64,000 bases of DNA from Burkholderiales bacterium (GTDB lineage: Bacteria > Pseudomonadota > Gammaproteobacteria > Burkholderiales > Burkholderiaceae_E), in assembly GCA_020248665.1 (NCBI GenBank), contig JADCHE010000036.1:1996-65995 (forward strand), written 5' to 3'. A model generated the notes under the pieces. It searched no databases and was not told the DNA's origin. It was given only the letters and a program-made list of their open reading frames with translations. Shown piece after piece: positions 50,193-58,998 of the stretch; positions within the stretch are counted from its first letter, which is position 1, and every line of letters begins with the position of its first letter. Both the position numbers and the translations under genes were made by a program.

Positions 50193-51356
50193 ATGCGATC
50201 CGCCGTGCCGCCGCCGTTCCGGGTCGAGGGTCGCGGCAGCGCGACGCGCCTGTGGCTGGCGCGTGCGATCGCCTGGTCCCTGCTGCTCGGCGGCTGGCTC
50301 ACGCTCGGCGCGCTCGGCCACGAGGCCGCGCTCGCGGGCGCATGGCCGGGGATGCCGCTGGCGGCCTGGCTCGCTTCGATCGGCGCGCTGCTCGCCGCGG
50401 GCTCCGGCATGGCGATCACGATGCGCGCGCTCGCGATCGGTCTCTTCGCCGCCGCGATCGTCGCGGCCAGCTCGCTCGCACGGGTGGACGGCGCTTCGCC
50501 GCTTCCGCTGGTCGGCGCCGCCTTCGGCTGGGGCGCGCTGCTCGTGCTCTCCTCCCGCACGGTCAAGGCGCTGCGTGCGGCACTGCCGCGGCGCACGCCC
50601 GCCCCGATCGGCCCGGCGCTCGTCGGCGCGTGCATCGCCTGGGCGGTGGCGGGCGACACGGGCACGGTCGCCTCGCGCACGACGCTCGTCGGCCTCTTCC
50701 TGCTCGCGGCATCGCTGGCCCTGGTCGCGCTGCGTCCGCGGGGGGCACCGCCCGCGACCGGCTGCCGGGCCGGCCTGTTCGACTGCGCGCTGCCCCTGCC
50801 GCATCGCGGGTGGGGTACGCCGAGGGACTGGCCGATGCACGCCGCCGCGCTGTCGATGCTGCCGACGATGGCCGCCTTCGGCCCCATGGCGCAACTGTGC
50901 GCCGGCGACCGACTCGGCCCGGCGAGCGTCGGCGCGCTGCACCTCGCCGCGATGCTGGTGCCCGCGTGGCTGCTGCGACGACCCCTCGCGCACTGCCCGC
51001 GTGCCGTGCTGAGCGGCATCGTCGCGTCGCTGCTCGCCGCGGGAGGCATGCTGGTCGCGTTCGACGCGCACCGCGACGCGCTGCTCGCCGGCATGCTCGT
51101 GCACGCGGTCGCGTGGAGCCTCGCCTGGGCGGGCCCGATGCTGGAGCGTGACGTCCGCGCGCATCCGCCGTCGGGCCGTGCCGCTGCATTCGGCATCGCG
51201 CTCGGGTCGGCCGCGCTGGTCGCCGCGCTCGCCGCGGCCGTGACGGCGAGCGGTGAGCAGGCGTTGCGCGTGGCTCACCTCGCGCTCGCTGCGTTCGCGC
51301 TCGGCGCGCTGTGGCCGGCATCGGTCGCGGGGCGTGGCGCGACCACGGCACCCTGA
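50193..51356 (+). CDS. polytopic membrane protein, unknown function
   Basis: About 10 hydrophobic Ala/Leu-rich helices. ATG is 5 nt after the previous stop. I recognise no family; high GC makes this call less certain. Confidence 0.5.
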   Translation: MRSAVPPPFRVEGRGSATRLWLARAIAWSLLLGGWLTLGALGHEAALAGAWPGMPLAAWLASIGALLAAGSGMAITMRALAIGLFAAAIVAASSLARVDGASPLPLVGAAFGWGALLVLSSRTVKALRAALPRRTPAPIGPALVGACIAWAVAGDTGTVASRTTLVGLFLLAASLALVALRPRGAPPATGCRAGLFDCALPLPHRGWGTPRDWPMHAAALSMLPTMAAFGPMAQLCAGDRLGPASVGALHLAAMLVPAWLLRRPLAHCPRAVLSGIVASLLAAGGMLVAFDAHRDALLAGMLVHAVAWSLAWAGPMLERDVRAHPPSGRAAAFGIALGSAALVAALAAAVTASGEQALRVAHLALAAFALGALWPASVAGRGATTAP

Positions 51357-51438
51357 GGGGGCACCGACGGCCCGTAGCAGCCCGACGCGGCGGGCGGCGT
51401 GGGCGCTGTGCCCCGCCCCGGCTCAGACCTCCGGGCCT

Positions 51439-51462
51439 GGGTTCGGCATCCATGCCGAACCC
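51439..51462. terminator. perfect 11-bp hairpin between convergent genes (followed by a second palindrome at 51474-51489)
   Basis: GGGTTCGGCAT-cc-ATGCCGAACCC, then GCCGCGCATGCGCGGC. Confidence 0.45.
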
Positions 51463-51500
51463 GCTTCGCCGGCGCCGCGCATGCGCGGCGAACCCCCGGC

Positions 51501-51788
51501 TCAGCCGCCGCCGCGCTGGGTGTGGTGGTCGAAGCGCGTGATCCACGCGCGCGCCTCGGCGTCCCGGCCCTCGGGGGCGACGAAGCGCACGCGCAGCTGC
51601 TGGAAGCTCGCGAGCGCGATCCGGCGCGGTGGCATCGCCTCGGTCTCGATCCGCAGCGCGCCCCAGTCGAAGGAGAGCGTCGCGGTGCCGTGCTCGATGC
51701 CGTGCGAGGCGCCGGTGAGCTCGGTGAGCCAGCGGGCGAGGTCCTGCGGGGTGCAGGACATGATGCGGTCGAAGCCGTGGAAGGGCAT
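51501..51788 (-). CDS. small conserved hypothetical protein at the distal end of the aor-like operon
   Basis: 95 aa of non-junk composition (MPFHGFDRIMSCTPQDLARWLTELTG...). It is co-directional with the aor genes. I recognise no domain. Confidence 0.45.
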   Translation of the reverse strand: MPFHGFDRIMSCTPQDLARWLTELTGASHGIEHGTATLSFDWGALRIETEAMPPRRIALASFQQLRVRFVAPEGRDAEARAWITRFDHHTQRGGG

Positions 51789-51898
51789 CAGGTCAGGTCA
51801 GCCGGCTCTCGCCGGATTCACGCTCGGGACGCACCAGTGCGCCACAAGCATGCGGCGCCCGCTGATCGGGCTCGCCGCATGCGGCTCGAAACCCCCGA

Positions 51899-52165
51899 TC
51901 AGCCACCCGCGATCGGCGGCCAGATCGCCAGCGCCTCGCCTTCCTTCAGCACGCGGGTCCCGCGGTCGGCCGGCGCCACGTACGCGCCGTCGACCAGCAC
52001 CAGGTGCACGAGCTTGTGCGGCAGGTTGAACCGGTCGATCACCTGCTGCACCGTCGTACCCTCGGCCACCTCGAGCGCGATCGCGTTGCCCTCGCGGCGG
52101 GCGCCGTCGACCTCCTGCGGCAGGTGATCGGACAGCATCGCGAACAGCTTGAAGGTGATCCTCAC
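51899..52165 (-). CDS. MoaD/ThiS-family sulfur-carrier protein
   Basis: 88 aa, (V)RITFKLFAMLSDHLPQ...LVLVDGAYV...LKEGEALAIWPPIAGG, with the diagnostic C-terminal Gly-Gly. GTG at 52165. Confidence 0.75.
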   Translation of the reverse strand: MRITFKLFAMLSDHLPQEVDGARREGNAIALEVAEGTTVQQVIDRFNLPHKLVHLVLVDGAYVAPADRGTRVLKEGEALAIWPPIAGG

Positions 52166-52230
52166 GGCGGGCTCCGGGTCGGCGAACGCGCGAGTGTAAC
52201 GGTCCGCGGCACGAGGCCGCGGACGCCCCC

Positions 52231-53505
52231 TCAGCGCACGGTGCCTCGCGAGCGGCCCTGGAACTGCTCCTGGGCCTGGGCGCTGGCGAGGTAGGCCTCC
52301 ATCAGCCGCGTCGGGTCCTTGAGCAGGCGGTCCTTCCAGTCGCCGAGGCGGATGCCGCCCTCGACCAGCCCGCGCAGCACACCGACGTGGTCGGTCATGC
52401 CGAGGGAGTTCGCGCCGATCAGCACGTCGCGGTCGAACTCGAGCCGCAGGTAGCGGAAGCCGGCGCGGTCGTTCATCTCGACGTGCTCGCCGCCGGGCAC
52501 GCCCTGCCACTGCCCGAACGAGGTCGACACCAGGCCCAGCGTGTCCAGTACGTTGATCTGCGTGACGACCTTCGCGATCGCGTCGCCGCCGCTCATGTTC
52601 ACCGCGGCGACGTAGCCCTGGTCGACCGCGTTCGGCTGGATCGCCGACACGATCGTCTGCTTCGTCACCGGGTCGTAGGCCTCGGCGCAGTCGCCGGCCG
52701 CGTAGATGCCTGGCACCGACGTCTGCATCCGCTCGTCGGTCAGCACACCCTGCAGCGCCTTGATCGGGCTGCCGGCGAGGAAGCCGATGTTCGGACGCAC
52801 GCCGGTCGCCTGGATCACCAGGTCGAATTCCTCGGCGGTGCCGTCGGAGAACCTCGCGCGGATCGGAGACGCGGGCTCGAGCGCCTCGACCCGGGTGGAG
52901 GTCTTGACGCTGATGCCCTTCTTCTCGCACCACGCCTTGATCATGCCGCCCGCGCCGGGGCCCATCATCCGCGGCACCATCCGGTCGCCCATCTCGACGA
53001 CGGTGAGCTTCACGCCGCGCTGCGCGAGCGCCTCCAGGATGATGCAGCCGATGAAGCCCGCGCCCATCTGCAGCACTCGCGCGCCCGGCTTGGCGAGCGC
53101 GAGGATGTTGCGCGCGTCGAGCAGCGTCCAGCACGGGTGGACGAAGGGCGCGTCGAGTCCAGGGATCGGCGGCCTCACCGGCGACGAGCCGGTCGCGATC
53201 AGCACGCGGTCGTACTCGAAGGACGGGCCCTCGGCGAGCCGCACCTTCCTCGCGTCGGTCTCGATCGCCGACACCCGGCCGGTCACGCAACGGATATGCT
53301 GCGACTCGAAGTGCGCGGGGTCCTTGCGCAGGTAGGTGCCCCGCTCGTCGATGTTGCCGATCAGCAGGTAGGGGATCGCCATCCGCGAGTACGCCGGATG
53401 CGGCTCGTCGCCGATCATGACGACGTCGTCCTGCGGGCGGCGCTTGCGGATCGTCTCGGCGGCGACGACGCCCGCGGGCCCGTTGCCGATGATCACGTGC
53501 TTCAT
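52231..53505 (-). CDS. aorC: FAD/NAD(P)-binding pyridine-nucleotide-disulfide oxidoreductase-family subunit (AorC-like)
   Basis: MKHVIIGNGPAGVVAAE (first GxGxxG), LQMGAGFIGCIILEAL (second), and IYAAGDCAE. ATG at 53505 lies within ORF 52231..54447. Confidence 0.8.
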   Translation of the reverse strand: MKHVIIGNGPAGVVAAETIRKRRPQDDVVMIGDEPHPAYSRMAIPYLLIGNIDERGTYLRKDPAHFESQHIRCVTGRVSAIETDARKVRLAEGPSFEYDRVLIATGSSPVRPPIPGLDAPFVHPCWTLLDARNILALAKPGARVLQMGAGFIGCIILEALAQRGVKLTVVEMGDRMVPRMMGPGAGGMIKAWCEKKGISVKTSTRVEALEPASPIRARFSDGTAEEFDLVIQATGVRPNIGFLAGSPIKALQGVLTDERMQTSVPGIYAAGDCAEAYDPVTKQTIVSAIQPNAVDQGYVAAVNMSGGDAIAKVVTQINVLDTLGLVSTSFGQWQGVPGGEHVEMNDRAGFRYLRLEFDRDVLIGANSLGMTDHVGVLRGLVEGGIRLGDWKDRLLKDPTRLMEAYLASAQAQEQFQGRSRGTVR

Positions 53506-53597
53506 GGATTCAGACTCCGGAAACGGTCGGGGCGGCCCAGAGATCATCAGGGCCGCCCCGGGTCGGGACGCGCACGAGCGCGCCCTGTAAGGAACCG

Positions 53598-55445
53598 TCA
53601 GAGGCCCAGGCGTGTGCGCGTCTCGGGCTTCAGCTGGCCGTTCTCGTCCCAGCCGCGGATCGCGTAGTACTCGGGGATCATCTTGTCGATGCCCGAGACC
53701 AGACCCTTGGCCGGACCGGTCTTGGCCGCCTCGGTCTTCAGGCGCGCGGGCAGGTCGTCGTCCTTGCGCGTGAAGCCGGCACGGTTGTTGAAGTCGCGCT
53801 CCATGTTCCAGATCCGCTCGCCGATCTCGGTCAGGTTCTCGAGCGTGAACTCCTCGCCGCACGCGGCGGCCACCTGCGGCGCGAGGTCCGCGGTGGTCCA
53901 GGCGAAGGTGGTGAACACGCAGATGCCCGACGAGTCGAAGGCCGCGGTGGCGTCCTGGAACGCCTTGACCAGATCCGGCTTGCCGTCGGTGGTCAGCGGG
54001 TCGGTCTTGACCGGGATGCCGAGGATCTCGGAGGCGACGGTGTACGAGCGCAGGTGGCAGGCGCCGCGATTGGACGTCGCGTAGGTGAGGCCCATGCCCT
54101 GGATGCCGCGCGCGTCGTAGGCCGGGAACTCCTGGCCCTTGACCGACATCGACAGCTCGGGATGACCGTACTTCGCGGTCAGCCGCTTGCTGCCCTGGCC
54201 GATCTCCTTGCCGAAGCCCTCGCCCTTGGCGGTCATCTCGGCCAGCTTGCACAGCGCTTCCGCCGAGCCGAACGGCGCCTCGATGCCGACCTGCTCCTTG
54301 GTCAGCACGCCCATCTCGTAGAGCTCGAACACCGCGCCGACCGTCGCGCCGAACGAGATCGGATCGAAGCCGTCCTCGTTGCACAGCAGGTTCGCGTACT
54401 GCAGCGCCTCGAGGTCGTTGACGCCGGGCGCGGCGCCGAGCGCCCACGCCGCCTCGTACTCGAGGCCGCCGGAGGCACCCCAGTACTCGGGCTTGTTGAC
54501 GACCGAGAAGTGCGTCTCGTCGATCTTGGAGATCCGCCCGCAGGCGATCGTGCAGCCGAAGCAGGCCTGGTTGGTGACCAGCTGCGACTTGCCATCGGTA
54601 GGCCGCTTCTCGGCCATCGCCTCGGCCGAGATCCGCGACGCCCCCTCGAACTGCGAGTCGCGGTGGTTGCGGGTCGGCAACGCACCGGTCTCGTTGATGA
54701 CGTTCATCAGCACCTGCGTGCCGTAGGTGGGCAGGCCCTGCCCCGTCACGGGGTGGTCATGCAGGATCTTCTTCTTCTCGGCGGTGACCTTCATGAAGGC
54801 CTTCGGGTCCTTGATGTTCCCGACGCCCTTCGTGCCGCGGACGGCGATCGCCTTCAGCATCTTGCTGCCGGCCACGGCGCCGACGCCCGAGCGGCCCGCC
54901 GCGCGGTGCAGGTCGTTGACCACCGCCGCGTACAGCACCTGGTTCTCGCCCGCGCGGCCGATCGAGGACACGCGGGTCAGCGGATCCTGGTGCGAGGTCT
55001 TGATGATCTCCTCGGTCTGCCAGACGGTCTTGCCCCAGAGGTGCGACGCGTCCTTGAGCTCGGCCTTGTCGTCGCTGATCGACAGGTAGACCGGCTTGGC
55101 CGACTTGCCCTCGATGATGACCATGTCCCAGCCGGCCATCTTGAGCTCGGCCCCCCAGTAGCCGCCCGAGTTCGAGCAGGCGATCGCGCCGGTCAGCGGG
55201 CCCTTGGTGATCACCGAGTAGCGGCCGCCGGTGGAGGCCATCGTGCCGGTCAGCGGGCCGGTCGCCCAGATGATCTTGTTGTCGGCCGACAGCGGGTCGA
55301 CCTTGGCGTCGACCTCCTCGACGAAGTACTTCGTCGCGAGGCCGCGCTGGCCGAGGTACTGCTTCGCCCAGGTCATGTTGAGCGGCTCGGCCGTGCACGT
55401 GCCGGCCGTCAGGTTCACGCGGAGAATCTTTCCTGCCCAAGCCAT
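53598..55445 (-). CDS. aorB: tungsten-type aldehyde:ferredoxin oxidoreductase-family catalytic subunit (AorB-like)
   Basis: N-terminus MAWAGKILRVNLTAGTCTAEPLN...YLGQRGLATKY; [4Fe-4S] motif CFGCTIACGR; pterin motifs DSSGICVF and GACHLRSY. ATG at 55445. Confidence 0.88.
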   Translation of the reverse strand: MAWAGKILRVNLTAGTCTAEPLNMTWAKQYLGQRGLATKYFVEEVDAKVDPLSADNKIIWATGPLTGTMASTGGRYSVITKGPLTGAIACSNSGGYWGAELKMAGWDMVIIEGKSAKPVYLSISDDKAELKDASHLWGKTVWQTEEIIKTSHQDPLTRVSSIGRAGENQVLYAAVVNDLHRAAGRSGVGAVAGSKMLKAIAVRGTKGVGNIKDPKAFMKVTAEKKKILHDHPVTGQGLPTYGTQVLMNVINETGALPTRNHRDSQFEGASRISAEAMAEKRPTDGKSQLVTNQACFGCTIACGRISKIDETHFSVVNKPEYWGASGGLEYEAAWALGAAPGVNDLEALQYANLLCNEDGFDPISFGATVGAVFELYEMGVLTKEQVGIEAPFGSAEALCKLAEMTAKGEGFGKEIGQGSKRLTAKYGHPELSMSVKGQEFPAYDARGIQGMGLTYATSNRGACHLRSYTVASEILGIPVKTDPLTTDGKPDLVKAFQDATAAFDSSGICVFTTFAWTTADLAPQVAAACGEEFTLENLTEIGERIWNMERDFNNRAGFTRKDDDLPARLKTEAAKTGPAKGLVSGIDKMIPEYYAIRGWDENGQLKPETRTRLGL

Positions 55446-55459
55446 GTCTCGTTTCCTCC

Positions 55460-55936
55460 TCAGGCCGCCGACGGCTGGTTGCCGAGCTTGTCGGCCCACT
55501 GCTTCATCCGGTCCAGGCCGGTCCAGCTGGCGTCGATGTAGGTGATCGCGCCGGTCGGGCACGCGTCGGCGCAGGCCGGCTCACCGCCGCACAGGTCGCA
55601 CTTCTGGACCTTGCCGGTGTCGGCGACGTAGTTCACGGTGCCGAACGGGCACGCGATCGTGCACACCTTGCAGCCGACGCAGACGTCCTCGAGCACGATC
55701 TTCGCGCCGGTGGACGCGTCGATCTTGATCGCCTCGACCGGGCAGGCGTGAAGGCACCATGCCTCGTCGCACTGCGTGCAGGTGTACGGGACCTTGCGTC
55801 CGGTGTGGTGGAAGTCGAAGACCTTGATCCGGGACTTCGCGGTATTGAAGGTCCCGTAGTTCTCGAAGCTACAGGCCATCTCGCACTGCAGGCACCCGGT
55901 GCACTTGTCCGGGTTGATGTGCAGGGACTTCTGCAT
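55460..55936 (-). CDS. aorA: poly-ferredoxin-like 4x[4Fe-4S] electron-transfer subunit (AorA-like)
   Basis: CTGCLQCEMAC, CTQCDEAWCLHACP, CVGCKVCTIACP, and CDLCGGEPACADACP cluster motifs. ATG at 55936. Confidence 0.85.
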   Translation of the reverse strand: MQKSLHINPDKCTGCLQCEMACSFENYGTFNTAKSRIKVFDFHHTGRKVPYTCTQCDEAWCLHACPVEAIKIDASTGAKIVLEDVCVGCKVCTIACPFGTVNYVADTGKVQKCDLCGGEPACADACPTGAITYIDASWTGLDRMKQWADKLGNQPSAA

Positions 55937-56129
55937 TGTTCTCCTCCGAAGGGGCGCGAGGTCTTCGCGTAGGACCGTACAACCTATGGTCGCCAGAGCA
56001 TAACCCGACACCGAGCCGGGTGCATAGCCGGTATCGGCGGCCGACCGTTCCGGCCGGCGGCCGGCCGGCGACCGCCCGGCGCGGCGTGCCCGACGCTGCC
56101 ACAATGCGCGGCGTCCCGGTGCCACCGCC

Positions 56130-57218
56130 ATGCCCGACATCGTCTCCGTCGCCCTGTCCTACGAGCTCGCCGCCGCCGGCGGGCCGCAGTTGGGCAACCC
56201 GTTCTTCGAGGTGATCGGCGCCGTCCGCCAGGCGGGCTCGATCGCCGCCGCCGCGCGCCGGCTGGGGTGGTCGTACAGGCACCTGTGGGGCTACCTGAAG
56301 GCGCAGGAGGCACGCTTCGGCCGCCCGCTGATCCTCTGGGACAAGGGCCGCGCGGCGCGACTCAGCGACTTCGCCGAGAAGCTGCTCTGGGCCGAGACGC
56401 GGATCCGCGCCCGGCTCGCGCCCCAGGTCGACAACCTCGCCGCCGAGATCGGCCGGGAGCTGACCGTCGCCTTCGACGACCGCGTGCCGATCGCGACCTG
56501 CGTCGCCAGCCACGACCTCGCGCTGCCGCTGCTGCGCGGACTGTGCGAGAGCGCCGACGGGGTGCTGTTCGACCTGCGCTTCGCCGGCAGCCTCGAGTCG
56601 CTCGCGGCGCTCAGGGCGCAGCGCTGCCTGTTCGCCGGGGTGCACCTGCCCTGCTCCCGCCCTGAGCTGGCCCGCCGGGGCTCGGCGATGCACGCCGCGT
56701 TCGCGCCGCGGCTGCGGCTCGGGCGCGAGAAGCTGATCCAGGCCGCCCGCCGGACGCAGGGCCTGATGCTGCCGCCGGGCAATCCGCGCCGGGTCCAGTC
56801 GATCGGACAGCTGCGCAAGCTCAGGTTCGTCAACCGGGCCACCGGCACCGGCACGCGCGCGCTGCTCGACGAGCTGCTTCGCGCCGAAGGCGTCGATCCC
56901 GCGAGCGTGCCGGGCTACGACCGGGTGGAGTCGACCCACCTCGCGGTGGCCGCGGCGGTCGCGTCGGGCCAGGCCGAGGCCGGCTTCGGGATCCAGGCGG
57001 CGGCCGCGGCGCTCGGGCTCGCGTTCGTGCCGCTGGTGGTCGAGGACTACTTCCTGGTCTGCGACCGCGCGGCGCTCGAGGGTGCCGCGGCCCGCAGCGT
57101 GATCGGCGCGCTGTCGTCGCCGGCCTGGCGCGAGGCGGTCGCGGCGCTGCCCGGCTACGAGGCGCACGATGCCGGACGCATCCGCTCACTGCGGCGCACG
57201 CTGCCCTGGTACGCGTGA
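56130..57218 (+). CDS. ModE-type winged-HTH regulator fused to a periplasmic-binding-protein-like (oxyanion-binding?) domain
   Basis: N-terminus AVRQAGSIAAAARRLGWSYRHLWGYLKAQEARFGRPLI resembles the ModE HTH. The C-terminal ~230 aa resemble the PBP-like domain seen in ModE-related regulators. It is divergent from aorA. Confidence 0.65.
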   Translation: MPDIVSVALSYELAAAGGPQLGNPFFEVIGAVRQAGSIAAAARRLGWSYRHLWGYLKAQEARFGRPLILWDKGRAARLSDFAEKLLWAETRIRARLAPQVDNLAAEIGRELTVAFDDRVPIATCVASHDLALPLLRGLCESADGVLFDLRFAGSLESLAALRAQRCLFAGVHLPCSRPELARRGSAMHAAFAPRLRLGREKLIQAARRTQGLMLPPGNPRRVQSIGQLRKLRFVNRATGTGTRALLDELLRAEGVDPASVPGYDRVESTHLAVAAAVASGQAEAGFGIQAAAAALGLAFVPLVVEDYFLVCDRAALEGAAARSVIGALSSPAWREAVAALPGYEAHDAGRIRSLRRTLPWYA

Positions 57219-57249
57219 CGCGGCGCGCGCCGGCCGCGCAAGAAAAAAT

Positions 57250-57277
57250 CCGGGCGGTCCCGGAGGGGGCCGCCCGG
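57250..57277 (-). terminator. strong intrinsic terminator oriented on the minus strand
   Basis: The minus strand reads CCGGGCGG-CCCCCTCCGGGA-CCGCCCGG followed by ATTTTTTCT (plus-strand A-run 57243-57248). Confidence 0.5.
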
Positions 57278-57431
57278 CGAGTTGGAGACGACCGGCGCTG
57301 ACGATCCCGTGAACCCGTTCGACAGAACGGGCCCCACCACGGAGACCACGCCGGAAGTCGAGACAGAGTCTATCGACCGAATGTGACCGCTCCATCACGC
57401 GTTCTTGGTAGAGGCCGTTCCGGGTTCTATC

Positions 57432-57890
57432 ATGGCGTCGATGCGTACCAAGCACAGCGCCGCCGTCAGCGTCCGGCTCCGCTTCTCCGACGACGGGCGC
57501 CTCGGCCCCGGCAAGATCGCGCTGCTCGAGGCGGTCGGGCGCAGCGGGTCGATCGCCGCGGCCGGCCGCGACATGAGCATGTCGTACCGGCGCGCCTGGC
57601 TGCTGATCGACTCGCTGAACCGCATGTTCGACGAGCCGGTCGTGCACGCGAGCCCCGGCGGCGCGAACGGCGGCGGGGCGACGCTGAGCCCGCTCGGACA
57701 CGAGCTGGTCGGGGCCTACCGGGCGATGGAGGCGGACACGGTCCGCGCGATCGCCCGGCACTTCGAGGCCCTGCGCGGGCGGATGGTCGCCCGGCCCCCG
57801 GGCGCGGACGGCGAGCACCCGGGCACCGAGGACACGGACGACTCGGACGACTCGGACGCGCGCGGGCCGGGGACCGGCGCGCGCGGCTGA
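57432..57890 (+). CDS. short ModE N-terminal-domain regulator (no Mop/TOBE domains), acidic C-terminal tail
   Basis: GPGKIALLEAVGRSGSIAAAGRDMSMSYRRAWLLIDSLNRMFDEPVVHASPGGANGGGATLSPLG closely follows the ModE N-domain pattern. I prefer ATG 57432 over TTG 57405. Confidence 0.75.
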   Translation: MASMRTKHSAAVSVRLRFSDDGRLGPGKIALLEAVGRSGSIAAAGRDMSMSYRRAWLLIDSLNRMFDEPVVHASPGGANGGGATLSPLGHELVGAYRAMEADTVRAIARHFEALRGRMVARPPGADGEHPGTEDTDDSDDSDARGPGTGARG

Positions 57891-57897
57891 GCGGACC

Positions 57898-58998
57898 TCA
57901 GCGCACCCGCGGCGCGTAGGCGAGCGAGCGCTCGTCGAGCGCGGTCGCCTTCACCATCGCGAACACCTCGTCGCCGGCGTCGAGCGCGAGCTCGTCGATC
58001 GCCTTGCGGGTCACCAGCGCGACCAGCCGCCCGCGCCCGCGCAACGCGATCTCGACGCGCGCGGTGGGCCCGCCGTCCACCTCGATGCCGCGGATGGTGC
58101 CGACGAGCACGGTCCGGAAGCTGACGTCGCGCGGCCGCTGGACCGCGAGCGCGACGTCGGTGGCGCGCACCAGTACCCGGTGCGCGTCGCCCGGCTCGCC
58201 GACCCGGCCGGGCACGCTGATCGGGCCGGCCGGGTGCTCGAGCGCGGTGAGGCCGTAGGCGGCGTCGTGGCCAGCCACCGTCGCCTCGAGCACCGAGACC
58301 GCCCCGAAGCCTCCCGACGCACCGCGCGCGCCCGACGGCGCGAGCACGTCGCCCGGCGCGCCGCTCGCGACGACCGCGCCGTCCTCGAGCACCACCACCT
58401 CGCGCGCGATCCGCGCGACCTCGTCGACCGCGTGCGAGACGTAGACCAGCGGCCAGTCGAACGCGTCGCGCAGCCGCTCGACGTACGGCATGATCTCCTG
58501 GCGCCGCTCGAAGTCGAGCGCGGCGAGCGGCTCGTCGAGCAGCAGCAGCCGCGGGCCCGACAGCAGCGCCCGGCCGATCGCGACCCGCTGCCGCTCGCCG
58601 CCGGACAGCCCGGCCGGGCGGCGATCGAGCAGGTGCCCGATGCCGAGCATCGCGATCACCGCGTCGGGGTCGACCGGCCGGCCGCCCTTCGCGAAGCGAC
58701 GGCCGTACGACAGGTTCGAGCGCACGCTCAGGTGCGGGAACAGCAGCGCGTCCTGGAACACCACGCCGACGCGCCGCCGGTGCGGCGGCACGAAGACGCC
58801 CCGCTCGACGTCGACCAGCGTCTCGCCGTCGACGCGGACATGGCCCGCGTCCGGGCGCAGCAGCCCTGCGATCAGCCCGAGCACCGTCGACTTGCCCGAA
58901 CCCGAGCGGCCGAACAGCGCGAGCGCGCCGGTCTCGGCGCGGAACGCGCAGCGCAGCGCGAACGCGCCGCGGCGCAGGCGGACGTCGACCTCGATCAC
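57898..58998 (-). CDS. modC: molybdate ABC transporter ATP-binding protein
   Basis: Walker A GRSGSGKST, LSGGERQRVAIGRAL, LLLLDEPLAALD, and a C-terminal TOBE/Mop-like domain. GTG at 58998 overlaps the modB stop. Confidence 0.85.
   Translation of the reverse strand: MIEVDVRLRRGAFALRCAFRAETGALALFGRSGSGKSTVLGLIAGLLRPDAGHVRVDGETLVDVERGVFVPPHRRRVGVVFQDALLFPHLSVRSNLSYGRRFAKGGRPVDPDAVIAMLGIGHLLDRRPAGLSGGERQRVAIGRALLSGPRLLLLDEPLAALDFERRQEIMPYVERLRDAFDWPLVYVSHAVDEVARIAREVVVLEDGAVVASGAPGDVLAPSGARGASGGFGAVSVLEATVAGHDAAYGLTALEHPAGPISVPGRVGEPGDAHRVLVRATDVALAVQRPRDVSFRTVLVGTIRGIEVDGGPTARVEIALRGRGRLVALVTRKAIDELALDAGDEVFAMVKATALDERSLAYAPRVR

Noticed and set aside
55937-56129. Sigma54 (-24/-12) promoter or ModE box in the aorA/regulator divergent spacer.
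   Set aside because: The best candidate on the aorA strand (TGGCGACCATAGGTTGT) has the wrong GG-to-TTG spacing (two nt too long) and lacks the GC of the -12 element. Only a weak direct repeat (GCATAAC ... GCATAGC) is present, and there is no Mo-box-like palindrome.
57155-57349. 64-aa minus-strand ORF overlapping the terminator hairpin near 57250.
   Set aside because: It runs through the terminator stem and into the 3' end of the plus-strand regulator gene, and its sequence is junk-like. It does not explain the minus-oriented terminator.
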